The notes: generated by a model not told the origin, from the letters alone. A DNA stretch of 56,403 bases from Bdellovibrionota bacterium (GCA_041739995.1 JBGSMV010000044.1:1-56403); one strand, 5' to 3'. Numbered from the stretch's first letter, positions 18,978 to 29,867 are shown. Program-made: numbers and translations.

Positions 18978-19892
18978 TCACTCTCGAAAAATAGCCATGA
19001 CCTGTTTTAGAAGTTTAACGCCGTCCGCTTTGGGTCTCTGGAAGGCATTGCGCCCCATGATACTCCCGAATGCTCCACCGGCTGCGAGTCCACGCACGTC
19101 TTCAAGCACTGCTTCGTCTGACTTGGCTTCTCCGCCTGAGAAAATCACGACGCGCTTCCCGTTGAAGCAGCTCTGCACCACTAGCTTGATTCGATCGGCA
19201 AGGGTGTCGACCTTTATCTTTTGCTTCTCGAACACTTTGCGCGCTGAATCTTGAGCAACGTGCGCGGTCGGAGGTTTGACCTTCACGATATTGGCTCCCA
19301 ATTGGCAAGCCAGATGAGCACTGTAAGAGATAGTGTCGATTGCGGTTTCATCGTCTTTACCCAGCGCTTCGCCACGCGCATATGCCCAGATAATAACGGG
19401 AAGTCCGTAAGACTTGGCTTCTTCGCCCATATTGCGAATTTCTTCATACATGGACTTTCGCATTGAGGTGCCAGGATAAATAGTAAATCCAATGGCGGTC
19501 GCTCCCAAACGCAATGCGTCCCTAACCGATCCGGTAATGCTTTGATCGGGATTCTTAGAGTTATACAGAGAATCATTGCTGTTCATTTTTACGATTAGCG
19601 GGATTCTCCCCACAAAATCAGGGTAGCCAGCGGCCAGTTGAGGAAGCGGCGCCGCGTAGGCATTGCACCCACTCTCAAGAGCGAGTTCAAAGTGGTAGTT
19701 CGGATCCATCGACGGGGGATTTGGAGAAAAGCTACGAATCGGTCCGTGTTCGAAGCCTTGATCGACGGGCAAAATTACCAGTTTGCCAGTTCCGGCGAGT
19801 GTCCCGGTCATCAATAGGCGATGCATGTTGCTTAATACGCCGTAGTTTTCTGTGCGGTACCACGAAAGTATCTCTCGAACTCGTTCACTCAT
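18978..19892 (-). CDS. fbaB: Class I (DhnA-type) fructose-bisphosphate aldolase
   Basis: ILPVDQGFEHGP, ALRLGA, Schiff-base region NIVKVK, FSGG, IMGRNAFQR. Confidence 0.95.
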   Translation of the reverse strand: MSERVREILSWYRTENYGVLSNMHRLLMTGTLAGTGKLVILPVDQGFEHGPIRSFSPNPPSMDPNYHFELALESGCNAYAAPLPQLAAGYPDFVGRIPLIVKMNSNDSLYNSKNPDQSITGSVRDALRLGATAIGFTIYPGTSMRKSMYEEIRNMGEEAKSYGLPVIIWAYARGEALGKDDETAIDTISYSAHLACQLGANIVKVKPPTAHVAQDSARKVFEKQKIKVDTLADRIKLVVQSCFNGKRVVIFSGGEAKSDEAVLEDVRGLAAGGAFGSIMGRNAFQRPKADGVKLLKQVMAIFRE

Positions 19893-20350
19893 AGCAGCTC
19901 CCTATCTCGCCTATTTATGATCTTTAAAAACATTAGCTCTGAAATTCAAATCCCTGAATTCGGCGCTCTGTAGAGCACCGTTGGAATTCAGGCCTGGAGC
20001 AATACCACACTCACCTCATAATTCGAAGGGCCTTGTTAGTAGCCATCCCCTCGCTTCCTGAGCCTAGGAGCTTGTGACATAGGCACAGACTCCTAGGAAG
20101 GAAGTCTTGAGTCTCTTACCGGTGCGGACGCGCGGCGTCCAGAAAATGCGGAAATTTCGTAGTGGCCTGAGCTTAAGAAGTCAAAAAAATAGCGCTTTCT
20201 AGGATATTGACCGAACGCAAGTGCCCCCGCTCCTCATGTTTCCCCGCAATCACGACGAATTATTTCTCATAGGGGAAGCGTACTCATTTTGCGCTCACCC
20301 CTAGAAGTACAGGCCAGAAGGACGGCCTCAGCAGTAAAGGAAGTTTCACC

Positions 20351-21451
20351 GTGGTTGCAGTATTCGAAGTGGTGCTTCGTAGTTTGAAAAGAGGTCGATT
20401 AGTCGACGCACTCCAACGCTGCGCTTCTGCAGCCGGCTCCTTCGGTCAGACCACCGCCGCTCTGCTCCTTGTTTGCACATGCACACTCCAACTTAGCGCC
20501 GACAGTGCGCTTGCTCAATCAGCGTCTAACCGACAAGACGTAGTCAGTGAACCAGAATCGATAGTCCGCGCTTCCGTTGATGCAGGGGCGATTGCACAAG
20601 AGCGCGCCTCCATCAAGTCCGGAGCCGGAAAGGTGCTCCATACGAAACTCAAGTTTGTTGATGAGGACTCCGCGTTGACTTTAGTGTCAGATGCGCAGTT
20701 TTCAGCCATAGGCGATCGCCTAATCACTGAAATAAGCAGAGTGCATGGTCATTACGAAAACTTGTTCGGACAAGTTCCGAGCTTTGCCGTTACTCTGCGA
20801 TTAATGGAGGAAGAAGAGTTCTTCCTGAGCACCGGCGCACCTCGCTGGACGAATGCCCTTTTCTACCGGGGCCAAATTCTTATTCCATTGGTGGCTGGAG
20901 CAACCCAGGAGTTCAGCGCGATCGCTCGCTCAGTAAGACACGAATACACTCACGCGGTCATTCACGCGCTTAGTGAGGGAAAAACTCCGGGGTGGATTGA
21001 TGAAGGAATGGCTCAACTTGCTGAAGGTCGAGAGAACCCAGCTCTTCGGAGAGCCCTACTTAACTATTTACAAGATAGCCGCCCGGTTCCATTTCGATTG
21101 ATGCAAAGTGGCTTCACTCGACTTGAGGCCGAGATGGTTGCGCCAGCTTACGCTCAGTCCCTGATTGCTTCTGAAGCCCTTTTAGAAACTTTCGGATTTG
21201 AGCGACTCAGCGATTACTTCACCGCATTGCGGCAAGGAGAAGATCATCCTCGTGCTTTCTCCAAGGCGTTTGGTATCACTGAAGCCGTCTTTGAGGCCCG
21301 TTTAGAAAAGAAACTTGTTCAATGGGTCAATCGACATGCGCGCCAGAAGGGGCACATGAACGATGAGCGCTTAATCGAGACACAGCGCAAACCCAATGCC
21401 CTTACTCCCGTCTGGGAAGAAGCTCCTCGCGAAGTGAGAGCAAGTCGCTGA
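20351..21451 (+). CDS. Zincin metallopeptidase (peptidase MA-like domain)
   Basis: HEYTH...PGWIDEGMA, plus AYAQS. Signal-like N-terminus. Confidence 0.85.
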   Translation: MVAVFEVVLRSLKRGRLVDALQRCASAAGSFGQTTAALLLVCTCTLQLSADSALAQSASNRQDVVSEPESIVRASVDAGAIAQERASIKSGAGKVLHTKLKFVDEDSALTLVSDAQFSAIGDRLITEISRVHGHYENLFGQVPSFAVTLRLMEEEEFFLSTGAPRWTNALFYRGQILIPLVAGATQEFSAIARSVRHEYTHAVIHALSEGKTPGWIDEGMAQLAEGRENPALRRALLNYLQDSRPVPFRLMQSGFTRLEAEMVAPAYAQSLIASEALLETFGFERLSDYFTALRQGEDHPRAFSKAFGITEAVFEARLEKKLVQWVNRHARQKGHMNDERLIETQRKPNALTPVWEEAPREVRASR

Positions 21452-21472
21452 GCTTAGAGCCAGTCGCCGACC

Positions 21473-22720
21473 TCAAAGCACATCACCCATCGCGCCAGCG
21501 TATCCGGTTAGTTCTGCGTACCCGAGCACCTGCTGGTCTTCATCCGAAATAGCACCCTCCCAGTACGAGAGCTTCTTTGGCGAAGTGGTGCGGTCTTTCG
21601 ACTCTGAGTGCGGAAAGTTTGCCTCCGTGTTCCAGTGCAACTCTTGATTGGAGGCTCTGGGGTTGAGCGTCACATCAAGACTCTCTGAGGGCACTTTAAC
21701 TCGCCAGCGCGCAGGGTATTTCGCGGCGCTTTGGGGGCTAGTCCAAGTTCTAAGAACTTCAATTGAAAACTGCTCGCGGGTCAGCGTCTTCACCGTGTTG
21801 CCCTCGATTACGGATGCAGAGGCAAAATCAACTGCGCCTGACGAGTCTCTGACGTTAAAGAGCATGAAGTGCCTACCATCTTTATGAGACAGGCTAAACC
21901 AGTCCCATCCGACTTGATTGGGCTGCAGCGCGTTGGACATGAACTCGTGGTCCATCCAGACGATACCAGAGACCTGTGTGGGGACCTCCTCTTTTAGAAT
22001 TGTGCCAGTAACCTGCATGCCAGGCATTGAATAGTAGTGGGAAGCGCAATCCGCACAGTCCTCTGCACCCGTCTTTGCACTGTAGCCCCCTTCCCCATGA
22101 AGCCGTGGCGGAGTGGCTTTAGCGACCAGCTTTACCTGGGTGTGGGAGTTCGCTGCTTTAGTGCTGGAAGATGAACCACTTCTGTCGAGTGAAAACTCCA
22201 GCACTATTGCGTCCCCAACCATTTCTGCGCGCCAGTCTCGATTCCAAACTGAGAGTCGATTCGTAGCTGCACCCGCAATTCCTACAGTGCTACGAGAAAG
22301 GTACTGGTCGAAACTAAATCTGTTAGTCGCATGATCAGAAAGTGCGGCGTGTGCCAAGTAAGTTTGCTGAGGGGCCGCGTCAGGATTAAGTGACGCGCGG
22401 CGAAAAAAAGTGAGCTGAAAGCCTAGAGGAGACGGATCTTTAAAAACTGTTTGTCCATCTAGAAATAAGTGGCCAGTAAAATACCACCACTCAGTTTGAA
22501 AATCCGGGTGTGCTCCATGATCTTCCGGAAAAGACAGGGGGCGAGAGATCGAGGCGCTTGAAAATGCGTGAGGGGCAGTTGTGCGTGGTGAGGGTAGCGC
22601 TTGCGCCGCGGCAGGCTTTGAAGTACCGCACAGTGAAGCGGCACACAGTAGAGTGGAAAGCAGAACTGAGAAGTACGTTGAGCGAGAGAATAGAGGAATC
22701 GAAAATGAACGCATACTCAT
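21473..22720 (-). CDS. AttH/CrtC-like lipocalin-domain secreted protein
   Basis: FPEDHGAHPDFQTEWWYFTG, GFQLTFFR, SHYYS, WMDHEF, GWDWF, YWEGA, GYAELTGY. Confidence 0.93.
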   Translation of the reverse strand: MSMRSFSIPLFSRSTYFSVLLSTLLCAASLCGTSKPAAAQALPSPRTTAPHAFSSASISRPLSFPEDHGAHPDFQTEWWYFTGHLFLDGQTVFKDPSPLGFQLTFFRRASLNPDAAPQQTYLAHAALSDHATNRFSFDQYLSRSTVGIAGAATNRLSVWNRDWRAEMVGDAIVLEFSLDRSGSSSSTKAANSHTQVKLVAKATPPRLHGEGGYSAKTGAEDCADCASHYYSMPGMQVTGTILKEEVPTQVSGIVWMDHEFMSNALQPNQVGWDWFSLSHKDGRHFMLFNVRDSSGAVDFASASVIEGNTVKTLTREQFSIEVLRTWTSPQSAAKYPARWRVKVPSESLDVTLNPRASNQELHWNTEANFPHSESKDRTTSPKKLSYWEGAISDEDQQVLGYAELTGYAGAMGDVL

Positions 22721-22848
22721 AGGCTACCTTGATTGAACCAGAGGTTCCCATATCGCCAGGGTGAACGCGAGTCTTAAGCAGAAGCCAATCGAGAGTCGAG
22801 AAAAGTTCTAATTTTTCAGAGGTTTTTTGCGCGCAGTAAACAGCGCTG

Positions 22849-23979
22849 CTAAGAGCGCTGTCTGAGGCCCAGGGTGTTCAGAGAGAAACCAGTGCTTAGA
22901 GATACGCTATGCTGAACGGCACACGGGAATGAATCGCCTAATTGTTCTTGTAAAGATTCGGTGACGTCATGGAGCGTTCGCGTATCCCAGGCCCCGCCTT
23001 CGGAACAAAGCGCAGGATCGAGGGCGCCAAATTCAAAAGCGAGCGCAAGATAGTGTGCCACCGTTTCGTGGCCAGCCTCGTGCGCTCGTGCAAGGTGCAG
23101 GGCTACGTCGAAGGGGCTTGCAAGGCAGTAGTCAGGTAAATTTTCAATTTGGCTCTCTTCGCCGCGGGCACGGCGTTCTGCACATAGGCGTAGAGCCTTC
23201 ATGTACATTTTCCCATCCAGTGTGCTGCCCTTCGCCAGCAAATGGGCGGTCGGTCGTATGATTCCGGCGAAGGTATCCTGGAGTGCTTCGCGAGTGCAGA
23301 TGAGCTGGCCGCCGATGAGTGCGGCTTGGTTGATAGTAAAATCTCTTGTCTGCAGATACTGATCGACAGAGAGACAGACCTCTACCCCAAAGCCGTGCGA
23401 AAAATCATCGGGCATATGTTCTTGAGCGAGGCGATCATCCGTATCTCTTGTAGTGAGATCGTCTCCGCCGCCGAATCGCACGAGATCTAAATCCCTGGGA
23501 CGAAGTGCGCGCACGTCGTGTCCAAGAATAGCTTCGACGGCGAGTCTCGCGGCACCCCCTTTAAGTCCATAGGGCGCGAAGAGCCGAGGCAGTCCAAATA
23601 CCCGAGGAGCTCGACAGCTGACTACTGTCGCGTCAACTCGGAGGATCTTGGTGGTCGTATTCAGTTGAAACAGCGCATCGCGAATTTCTCGCTCAGAATT
23701 GAATGAAAGTGATTTAGAGGTTTGAGGGGTAACGCTAAAATCCCGGGCCATGCGCTTAATGCGTCCGAGCAAAGTCTCTGCGCGTCGGTTGGAGCGAGAT
23801 TTTTGGATGTGTTTTAGGTCGTGCAGGCTCCATGCGGCGGAGTCTGGTGTGTGGGCGGGCACTGAGCGGTGAGATGCCTTTTGGGGTGAGGCCCTCGGCA
23901 GCTTTCTTCCTGGAAAACCCATGAACAACCTTCTTAACCCACGCAGATGAGACGGCACTCTTCGAACAGAGAGCACCAT
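22849..23979 (-). CDS. Divergent class II (CCA-adding/poly(A) polymerase-head-like) nucleotidyltransferase
   Basis: LKGGAAR...PRDLDL (motif A, DxD) and TRDFTIN (motif B). No EDxxR motif; DGKMYMKALR occupies that position. Confidence 0.7.
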   Translation of the reverse strand: MVLSVRRVPSHLRGLRRLFMGFPGRKLPRASPQKASHRSVPAHTPDSAAWSLHDLKHIQKSRSNRRAETLLGRIKRMARDFSVTPQTSKSLSFNSEREIRDALFQLNTTTKILRVDATVVSCRAPRVFGLPRLFAPYGLKGGAARLAVEAILGHDVRALRPRDLDLVRFGGGDDLTTRDTDDRLAQEHMPDDFSHGFGVEVCLSVDQYLQTRDFTINQAALIGGQLICTREALQDTFAGIIRPTAHLLAKGSTLDGKMYMKALRLCAERRARGEESQIENLPDYCLASPFDVALHLARAHEAGHETVAHYLALAFEFGALDPALCSEGGAWDTRTLHDVTESLQEQLGDSFPCAVQHSVSLSTGFSLNTLGLRQRS

Positions 23980-24145
23980 GCGTTTGTTATGAGAGGAGCA
24001 GGCTAAAAGGTGACCATCGCGTATATCTACCTGGTATTCCTATCTAAATTCTCACCCCAAGTTCTCTGAGGGAATGGGAGGGGAATCAGGCCGGCTAAGC
24101 GACTAAGGGTCTAAGCTTATTCAGATATGATAGACCCGCAGAACG

Positions 24146-26695
24146 CTAATCATCGCTGAGGCGAGCCGACCGAGCAGCGCGCTGCAAATGAGCCATGTGC
24201 CAGAGCAAGGGCGGCAGGCAGGCCACAAAGAGGGCGGCGATGGGGACCCAGAGTGCCTGCCAAGGGACGAAGAAAAACAAAGTCCAACCAAACGACAGCG
24301 GGTTGATGACGTGAACCAAAAGTGAGGCTAGGAGCAGGCCGATGGGGACTCCGAGTACGATACTTGGAAACAACAATGCCAGCGCCTCGACTAGTACCGC
24401 CAGGACAAGAGTGCTCTGTGTCGCACCCATGACCTGCAACGTTCTCCAGTCCCGCCTTCTGTCCCAGTGTAGTTGACCGAGAGTTACCGCAAAACCTAAG
24501 GCGCACACAATCAAAACAATAATCCTTAGTGCGCCGGTTATCGCAAAGGTGCGATCAAAGGTTTCGAATATTTCGGCTCTTAGCGCTGCTTGATCTCGGA
24601 TATGAGTGCGCTCCACGCCTGGTAGAGTGTAGAGCTGAGGTTCTGCATCTTGGTACTGCAGTTCGTCATTCAGCAGTAGCGATACGTTTGTGGGTACTCT
24701 CGCCCCAAAAAGATTTGAGAAGGCCTCGAAGGCTAACAAAACATTGCCGCGCTCCGAACTAAACTCTTTGTATACTCCAGAGATCGTAACCTGAGTCGAA
24801 CCAGAGGGATTCTCAGTAGAGGTCTTGAGTGTTATGACGCTTCCTGGGGAGACGCCGAGTCGGTGCGCCAAACTCTCGCTTACCAGAGCACTTCGCCCCG
24901 CCGAGAAGTTTGCAACATCCAGTTGACCACTGAGCACCCGATAAGGCAGCGCCGCGGGGTCGAGCGGAATGTCTGTTCCAAATATCGGTACCGTTAGACA
25001 TCGTAAAGTCTTAGTGTCGCACACCGTTGCTTCCTGCGTAGAGAAGCGAGTCACCTGCCAGAGCGCCTGAGATGCAAGGAGAGCGTCATAAAAACTTGCC
25101 TGCAGTGGTTGGCCGCTATGCTTGGACGAAATGAACACATCCGCCGCAACGCTGTAGTTCACCCACTCTTCCAGGCTATGCCTAAAGCTTGCGATCATGA
25201 CGCCAAGTCCAATCAGCAAGCTCAGTCCGCAGGCAGATGTGGCGATAGCCACCCCACAGGCACGAGCGCTGCCCAAAACACCAGACAGGCCCGCCAAAAG
25301 CGCTGGAGTGATATGCGTGCCAGATAGTCGCCGCGACAACGCAGCCACTGCTTGCAGAGTCGGTGCAGCCAACGCAACGGGAATGCATATTAAAAAGAAC
25401 GCAGCTACATGCCCGAACAACGCTTCTCTTAGTAGGTGTGCCAAGATAAGCGCACCCGCAGTAAGGAGCGCGAGCACCAGTGAGGCGCCAAGCAGCCCGA
25501 AAGTGGGCAGCGGAGCTGCCACTACCGTCGAACGAGTGCCAATATGGGCGACGACTTTTCTTGTGGAGAGCGCGGGGCCTACGCTTCCCACTATGGCTAT
25601 CGAGACGCCTACTAGAAGTGAAAAAAAGTAGAGCATGGGAACGCTCGAGAGTCCGAGTTCCTGAGTAGAGTCGCGCACCTGATAGAGCGAACGAGCAGTG
25701 GAAAGAAAAAGCTCAGAAATAAATTCGCTTAAAGGATACCCAAGCGAAAGTCCGAGAACGCTGCCCAGCAGCCCGAGTGCGAGCGCCTCGCAAATCACCA
25801 AGGCCATGAGCGAGGATTTTGGCAGGCCTAAGGTATGGAGTACCCCCAGCTGCGGCAAGAGTGCGCGAACACCCAACTGAAACCCGTTATAGACGGTGAA
25901 AGCACAGACTGCCAGAGACATGAGCACCATGATGCTGATGTTGAGCTGAAAAGCGCCAAGAAGATTCTGTGCTCGGTCCCGGCGGGACAAGTCTGTAGAG
26001 ACTAGCCACTTTCCGTCGGACACCTCCGCTACCGCAAGTGTCGCCTGTTCTTCTTGCTCTGATTTCAGGGAAATGCCAGAGAAACTAAACCCCTCGCCTT
26101 CCCATGCTTGTAATGTGGCGAGATCTAGAATTGCCACTCGGGAGCCCAGTTGTCTTCCGAGCGAAAGCTCAGCGGGGAGTTCTCGCAGTTGAAGGCAGTG
26201 CGTGCGACTTTCAACAATCGGGCAGAAATCGCTGTTGTTTCTTTCTCGCTCAAAGAAGAGATCTGCGACCCATAGCACCGGCAAGCCAGAGGCCTCAGTG
26301 TCTGGAGCAAGCAGTGAAACGCCTTCAGCCTCGGCATGCGCCAAGAGGTCGAGCGCCACTATGGAGAAACGTTCGCCCGATGGTGTGTGGGCACTTCGCT
26401 CGGCGAATACCTCAAGCTCAAGGTGTGGTGACAGCAAGGGTAGCCAGTGGCGGACGTCTTCAGGATTGAGCGCACCGGAACGAGCGCGGATTTCCATGGG
26501 AGCAGCAAAAAGTTCGGCAGTGAGTTGGAAGGAGCGAATGCTGGCCGATGCGGCAAACACAATCGCAAGAAAAACTGAAACCCCGAGTGCCACGGACAGC
26601 AACAAGAGCGCTATGCGTCGCCAATCATCCACGCAGCGGCGCACAATTATCCAGGAGAAGAGTTTCGGGAGCAGGTGCGACGACATCGATATCAC
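24146..26695 (-). CDS. ABC transporter permease, duplicated FtsX/MacB type (AttF/G-like)
   Basis: 849 aa with two MacB-PCD plus FtsX repeats (SVALGVSV...; ETFDRTFAIT; VINPLSFGWT). Overlaps the ATPase gene by 4 nt. Confidence 0.9.
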   Translation of the reverse strand: MISMSSHLLPKLFSWIIVRRCVDDWRRIALLLLSVALGVSVFLAIVFAASASIRSFQLTAELFAAPMEIRARSGALNPEDVRHWLPLLSPHLELEVFAERSAHTPSGERFSIVALDLLAHAEAEGVSLLAPDTEASGLPVLWVADLFFERERNNSDFCPIVESRTHCLQLRELPAELSLGRQLGSRVAILDLATLQAWEGEGFSFSGISLKSEQEEQATLAVAEVSDGKWLVSTDLSRRDRAQNLLGAFQLNISIMVLMSLAVCAFTVYNGFQLGVRALLPQLGVLHTLGLPKSSLMALVICEALALGLLGSVLGLSLGYPLSEFISELFLSTARSLYQVRDSTQELGLSSVPMLYFFSLLVGVSIAIVGSVGPALSTRKVVAHIGTRSTVVAAPLPTFGLLGASLVLALLTAGALILAHLLREALFGHVAAFFLICIPVALAAPTLQAVAALSRRLSGTHITPALLAGLSGVLGSARACGVAIATSACGLSLLIGLGVMIASFRHSLEEWVNYSVAADVFISSKHSGQPLQASFYDALLASQALWQVTRFSTQEATVCDTKTLRCLTVPIFGTDIPLDPAALPYRVLSGQLDVANFSAGRSALVSESLAHRLGVSPGSVITLKTSTENPSGSTQVTISGVYKEFSSERGNVLLAFEAFSNLFGARVPTNVSLLLNDELQYQDAEPQLYTLPGVERTHIRDQAALRAEIFETFDRTFAITGALRIIVLIVCALGFAVTLGQLHWDRRRDWRTLQVMGATQSTLVLAVLVEALALLFPSIVLGVPIGLLLASLLVHVINPLSFGWTLFFFVPWQALWVPIAALFVACLPPLLWHMAHLQRAARSARLSDD

Positions 26696-27372
26696 CTACT
26701 CGATAGCGTGCCATCATTGACATGCAGGGTTCTATGACAGCGCCCGGCTGCGCGCTCACTGTGAGTGGCCATAAGCACCGCAGCTCCCTGACCTGCAGCG
26801 CTGCACAGCAGATCAAGCACCGTATCTCCAGAAGCAGAATCAAGGTTTCCCGTGGGCTCGTCTGCCAAAATCAACTTTGGTCTATGCGCAAGAGCCCGGG
26901 CGATGGCGACCCTTTGCATCTCTCCACCTGAGAGCATATGGGGTCGATGCTCGGCGCGATGGCTGAGTCCAACGTCGTGGAGTAGAGACTCTGCGCGCGC
27001 GGAAGCTTCAGCCCAGGAGCTTCCATTCAGCAGTAACGTCATGGAGATATTTTCGCGGGCACTTAAATGCGAGAGTAAATTGAAGTACTGAAATACAAAG
27101 CCTATCTGGGATCGTCTTAGCCGCGTAACTGCAGCAGAGTTAGAGAAATCAACCGAGATGCTATCTAGTATGACCTGCCCCGAATCTGGGCGATCGGTGA
27201 GGCCAGCGATATTAAGCAGAGTGCTCTTCCCGCTTCCAGAAGGGCCGCATAGAGAGACTAGTTCACCCGCTTTGAGCAGGAGGCTGGCCGCATTCAATGC
27301 CTGCACAGTGGTTGATCCTGAAAGAAACGCTCGAGATACCTCGCGCAGTTCAAGCACAGGCAAACTGTTCAT
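26692..27372 (-). CDS. ABC transporter ATP-binding protein (LolD/AttE-like)
   Basis: [38 protein letters not shown]. Confidence 0.96.
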   Translation of the reverse strand: MNSLPVLELREVSRAFLSGSTTVQALNAASLLLKAGELVSLCGPSGSGKSTLLNIAGLTDRPDSGQVILDSISVDFSNSAAVTRLRRSQIGFVFQYFNLLSHLSARENISMTLLLNGSSWAEASARAESLLHDVGLSHRAEHRPHMLSGGEMQRVAIARALAHRPKLILADEPTGNLDSASGDTVLDLLCSAAGQGAAVLMATHSERAAGRCHRTLHVNDGTLSSR

Positions 27373-27902
27373 CGTGACAGTCCTTCAGCGTCTAGCTTGT
27401 TGCGCAGTGCTTCGAGGGTGCTGGAATCAGGCATGGAAATGCTGAATAGCCGCGGCGAGGATTTTACGTACTCGGTAAGCTCGCGGGCACTACCTTCAGG
27501 GGTGATTTCAACACTAAGGGTCAGAGTGAGGTCCAGTTGTGCTGCGTACTGAGGGACTCGGTCCGGCCATTCCACCAGTCGTATCGTCGAGGGCGATGCC
27601 GCGAAGCTTAGTTCCTCCGGTAGCGAGGAAAGGCGGTAGAGATCCCAATGCTCTAACGTAACGCCAGAAGCCAGCGGGTACTCGTGACAAAGCGCGAAGG
27701 TAGGTGAAGAAACAGGAGCGAGCGCAGACAGGTGGGCGGCAAGCAGTCGAACAAACGTGGTCTTTCCTGCCGCAAGTTCGCCGCACAAGCCCATTTGCAT
27801 GCCTCCGTCTAGTGAAGCGGAGACAATAGAGGCGAGCTTCTTGAGGTCTGCAAGCCCGCTAAGATATCCGGAGATCGAGTATGTTGGCGACGGGGAAGTC
27901 AT
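27369..27902 (-). CDS. tsaE: tRNA t6A37 biosynthesis ATPase
   Basis: GELAAGKTT, VSSPTF, HWDLYRL, LVEWP; adjacent to nnr. Confidence 0.93.
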   Translation of the reverse strand: MTSPSPTYSISGYLSGLADLKKLASIVSASLDGGMQMGLCGELAAGKTTFVRLLAAHLSALAPVSSPTFALCHEYPLASGVTLEHWDLYRLSSLPEELSFAASPSTIRLVEWPDRVPQYAAQLDLTLTLSVEITPEGSARELTEYVKSSPRLFSISMPDSSTLEALRNKLDAEGLSR

Positions 27903-27959
27903 GTGCGGCTTAATAGGAAAACGGTAATAGAGTAAAGATAATAGAGTGACGCGTCACCA

Positions 27960-29867
27960 TTATCCAGGACTATGGTCGGCAGAGCTATGGTCCACGGCAC
28001 TATGGACCACAGGGTGCCCCGTGGCGTTTTCTGAGCGTATCGCGCTGATGGCGCTGGGAATCGCAGCCACAATGTCACTGGACACTATCGGAGCGTCTCT
28101 CAGTGCGGACGCGTGTTGGGCAGCAAGTTCGCCGGCCCTGGCATGAATAAGTACTCCACCGCAGGCGGCATTGTACGGGGACAATCCCTGAGCAAGCAGG
28201 GCAGCGATAATTCCTGTAAGCACATCGCCACTACCTCCGGTGGCAAGCCACGGAGTTCCGCTGAGATTGACCGCACCATGCAAGCGGCTTTCAGGAGCAG
28301 CAGTTGCAATGATGGTCGAAGCCCCTTTGAGGACCACCGTGCAGCGAAAGTGCTGCGCAAGGCGGCTTGCGGCGCTGTAGCGACAGGCCTCAACCTCCCC
28401 AGCGGAAATACCGAGCAACCTTCCCATCTCACCGGGGTGCGGAGTAAGGACTGCTTTAGGGAGAACGAGAGCGCCACCAGATTGGGAGAGTTTCGCCAAG
28501 AGAGACAGTCCGTCAGCGTCAATAACCAGCGGCCCCTCGCGCACTCGTTCTGACTCAAGAAGCTCCTCGAAAAATGCGAGCGCTTCGCGCGTGGTCCCTA
28601 CTCCTGGTCCCACTGCTACTACGGCAGGTTGCCGTGTGACCCAAGCGAGTGAAGGCGCGACCCAGCTGGACGACGGGTCCCCGCTCAGTGGGATGTGCAT
28701 GATTTCTGGAGGACACCACACGTTTGGTGACTCCCTTCGAGAAGTCATGGCAACTAGCGGTGCTCCAGAGCGCAAAGCGGCCCAGGCGGAAAGGATTGGT
28801 GCCCCAGGCATGGCTTCTGAGCCCCCGACGACCGCAACACGCGCGTAACGACCCTTGTGAACGTTGCGGGAACGCGGCTCAGGCAAATGGGAGGAGGCGT
28901 CCGCCACGAGTAATCGAAACGGAATAAGTTTGAGTGCTTCTTCTGCCTGTGCAGAGATTCCAATCGGGAGCACTGCAATCTGCCCGAGATAGTCAATGGC
29001 GGGGTGTTGTACCATGCCGCGCTTAAGACACTCGATTGCAATGGTACGATCAGCCTGCACCGCAAAGCTTGGCACTCCGCCCTCGCTTGCATCTAGGCCA
29101 GACGGAGCATCCACTGCAACGACCAATTGAGAGGGAGATTTGCTGCGAGCTGTATTAATGCACTCGATTGCGGTGGCGACGCTGCCTCGTGGGCTGCCTT
29201 GATGCCCGGTGCCTAGCAAGGCATCTAACACGATCGATGAGCCTAAAAGCAGCTCTTCGAGCTGTTGCTCCGTGATGGTGGGAAGAGAAAGCACCTCGTC
29301 TGGTAAGCTCTCAGTACTTTGGGAGGAGCTTTCGGCGGAGTTCTCGGAGGAGTCTGAGTCGGAGAGACGAAAACAAGAAAGTGTAGAGCCCTTTCCCGAG
29401 CGAGGTTTTTTTGGCGCATCCAAACACAAGCTGCTTAGTTGCTTGAGGCACCCAGGACTATATCGGGACGCGGTTACGAGAACGATGTCGATGTGATAGC
29501 CCTGTTGCGCCAAGAGTCGCGCGACGACGATGCCGTCACCGCCGTTATTTCCACTGCCGCACACGATTGCGATCGGAGAAGTTTTCTGTGATCCCAAATC
29601 GGCCAAAGCTTGAGCGATTCCCGCACCTGCTCGTTCCATCAACTCGAGCGCAGGGACGCCACCGGATATAGCCTCCTTGTCCAAGACGCCCATTTCAAAT
29701 GCGCTGGGTAAATATAGATTCTTAGTGCAGCTCGCTAGGAGTTCTGGGCCAAGAGCTAGGAACTTAAGACCAGGTTCCTTTGTGACAGCTTTTTTCGCTC
29801 GACGAGTGGGTGGCGCTGGCTTGTTCGCTGCGTCGGATTTTGACTTAGGCGATTTTGACTTAGGCAT
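27960..29867 (-). CDS. nnr: Bifunctional NAD(P)H-hydrate epimerase/dehydratase
   Basis: LMERAG, GSGNNGGDG, DALLGTG, AVDAPSG (YjeF_N); HKG, GPGVG, VIDADG, LTPHPGE, VLKG, ATGGSGDVLTG (YjeF_C). Confidence 0.95.
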   Translation of the reverse strand: MPKSKSPKSKSDAANKPAPPTRRAKKAVTKEPGLKFLALGPELLASCTKNLYLPSAFEMGVLDKEAISGGVPALELMERAGAGIAQALADLGSQKTSPIAIVCGSGNNGGDGIVVARLLAQQGYHIDIVLVTASRYSPGCLKQLSSLCLDAPKKPRSGKGSTLSCFRLSDSDSSENSAESSSQSTESLPDEVLSLPTITEQQLEELLLGSSIVLDALLGTGHQGSPRGSVATAIECINTARSKSPSQLVVAVDAPSGLDASEGGVPSFAVQADRTIAIECLKRGMVQHPAIDYLGQIAVLPIGISAQAEEALKLIPFRLLVADASSHLPEPRSRNVHKGRYARVAVVGGSEAMPGAPILSAWAALRSGAPLVAMTSRRESPNVWCPPEIMHIPLSGDPSSSWVAPSLAWVTRQPAVVAVGPGVGTTREALAFFEELLESERVREGPLVIDADGLSLLAKLSQSGGALVLPKAVLTPHPGEMGRLLGISAGEVEACRYSAASRLAQHFRCTVVLKGASTIIATAAPESRLHGAVNLSGTPWLATGGSGDVLTGIIAALLAQGLSPYNAACGGVLIHARAGELAAQHASALRDAPIVSSDIVAAIPSAISAIRSENATGHPVVHSAVDHSSADHSPG

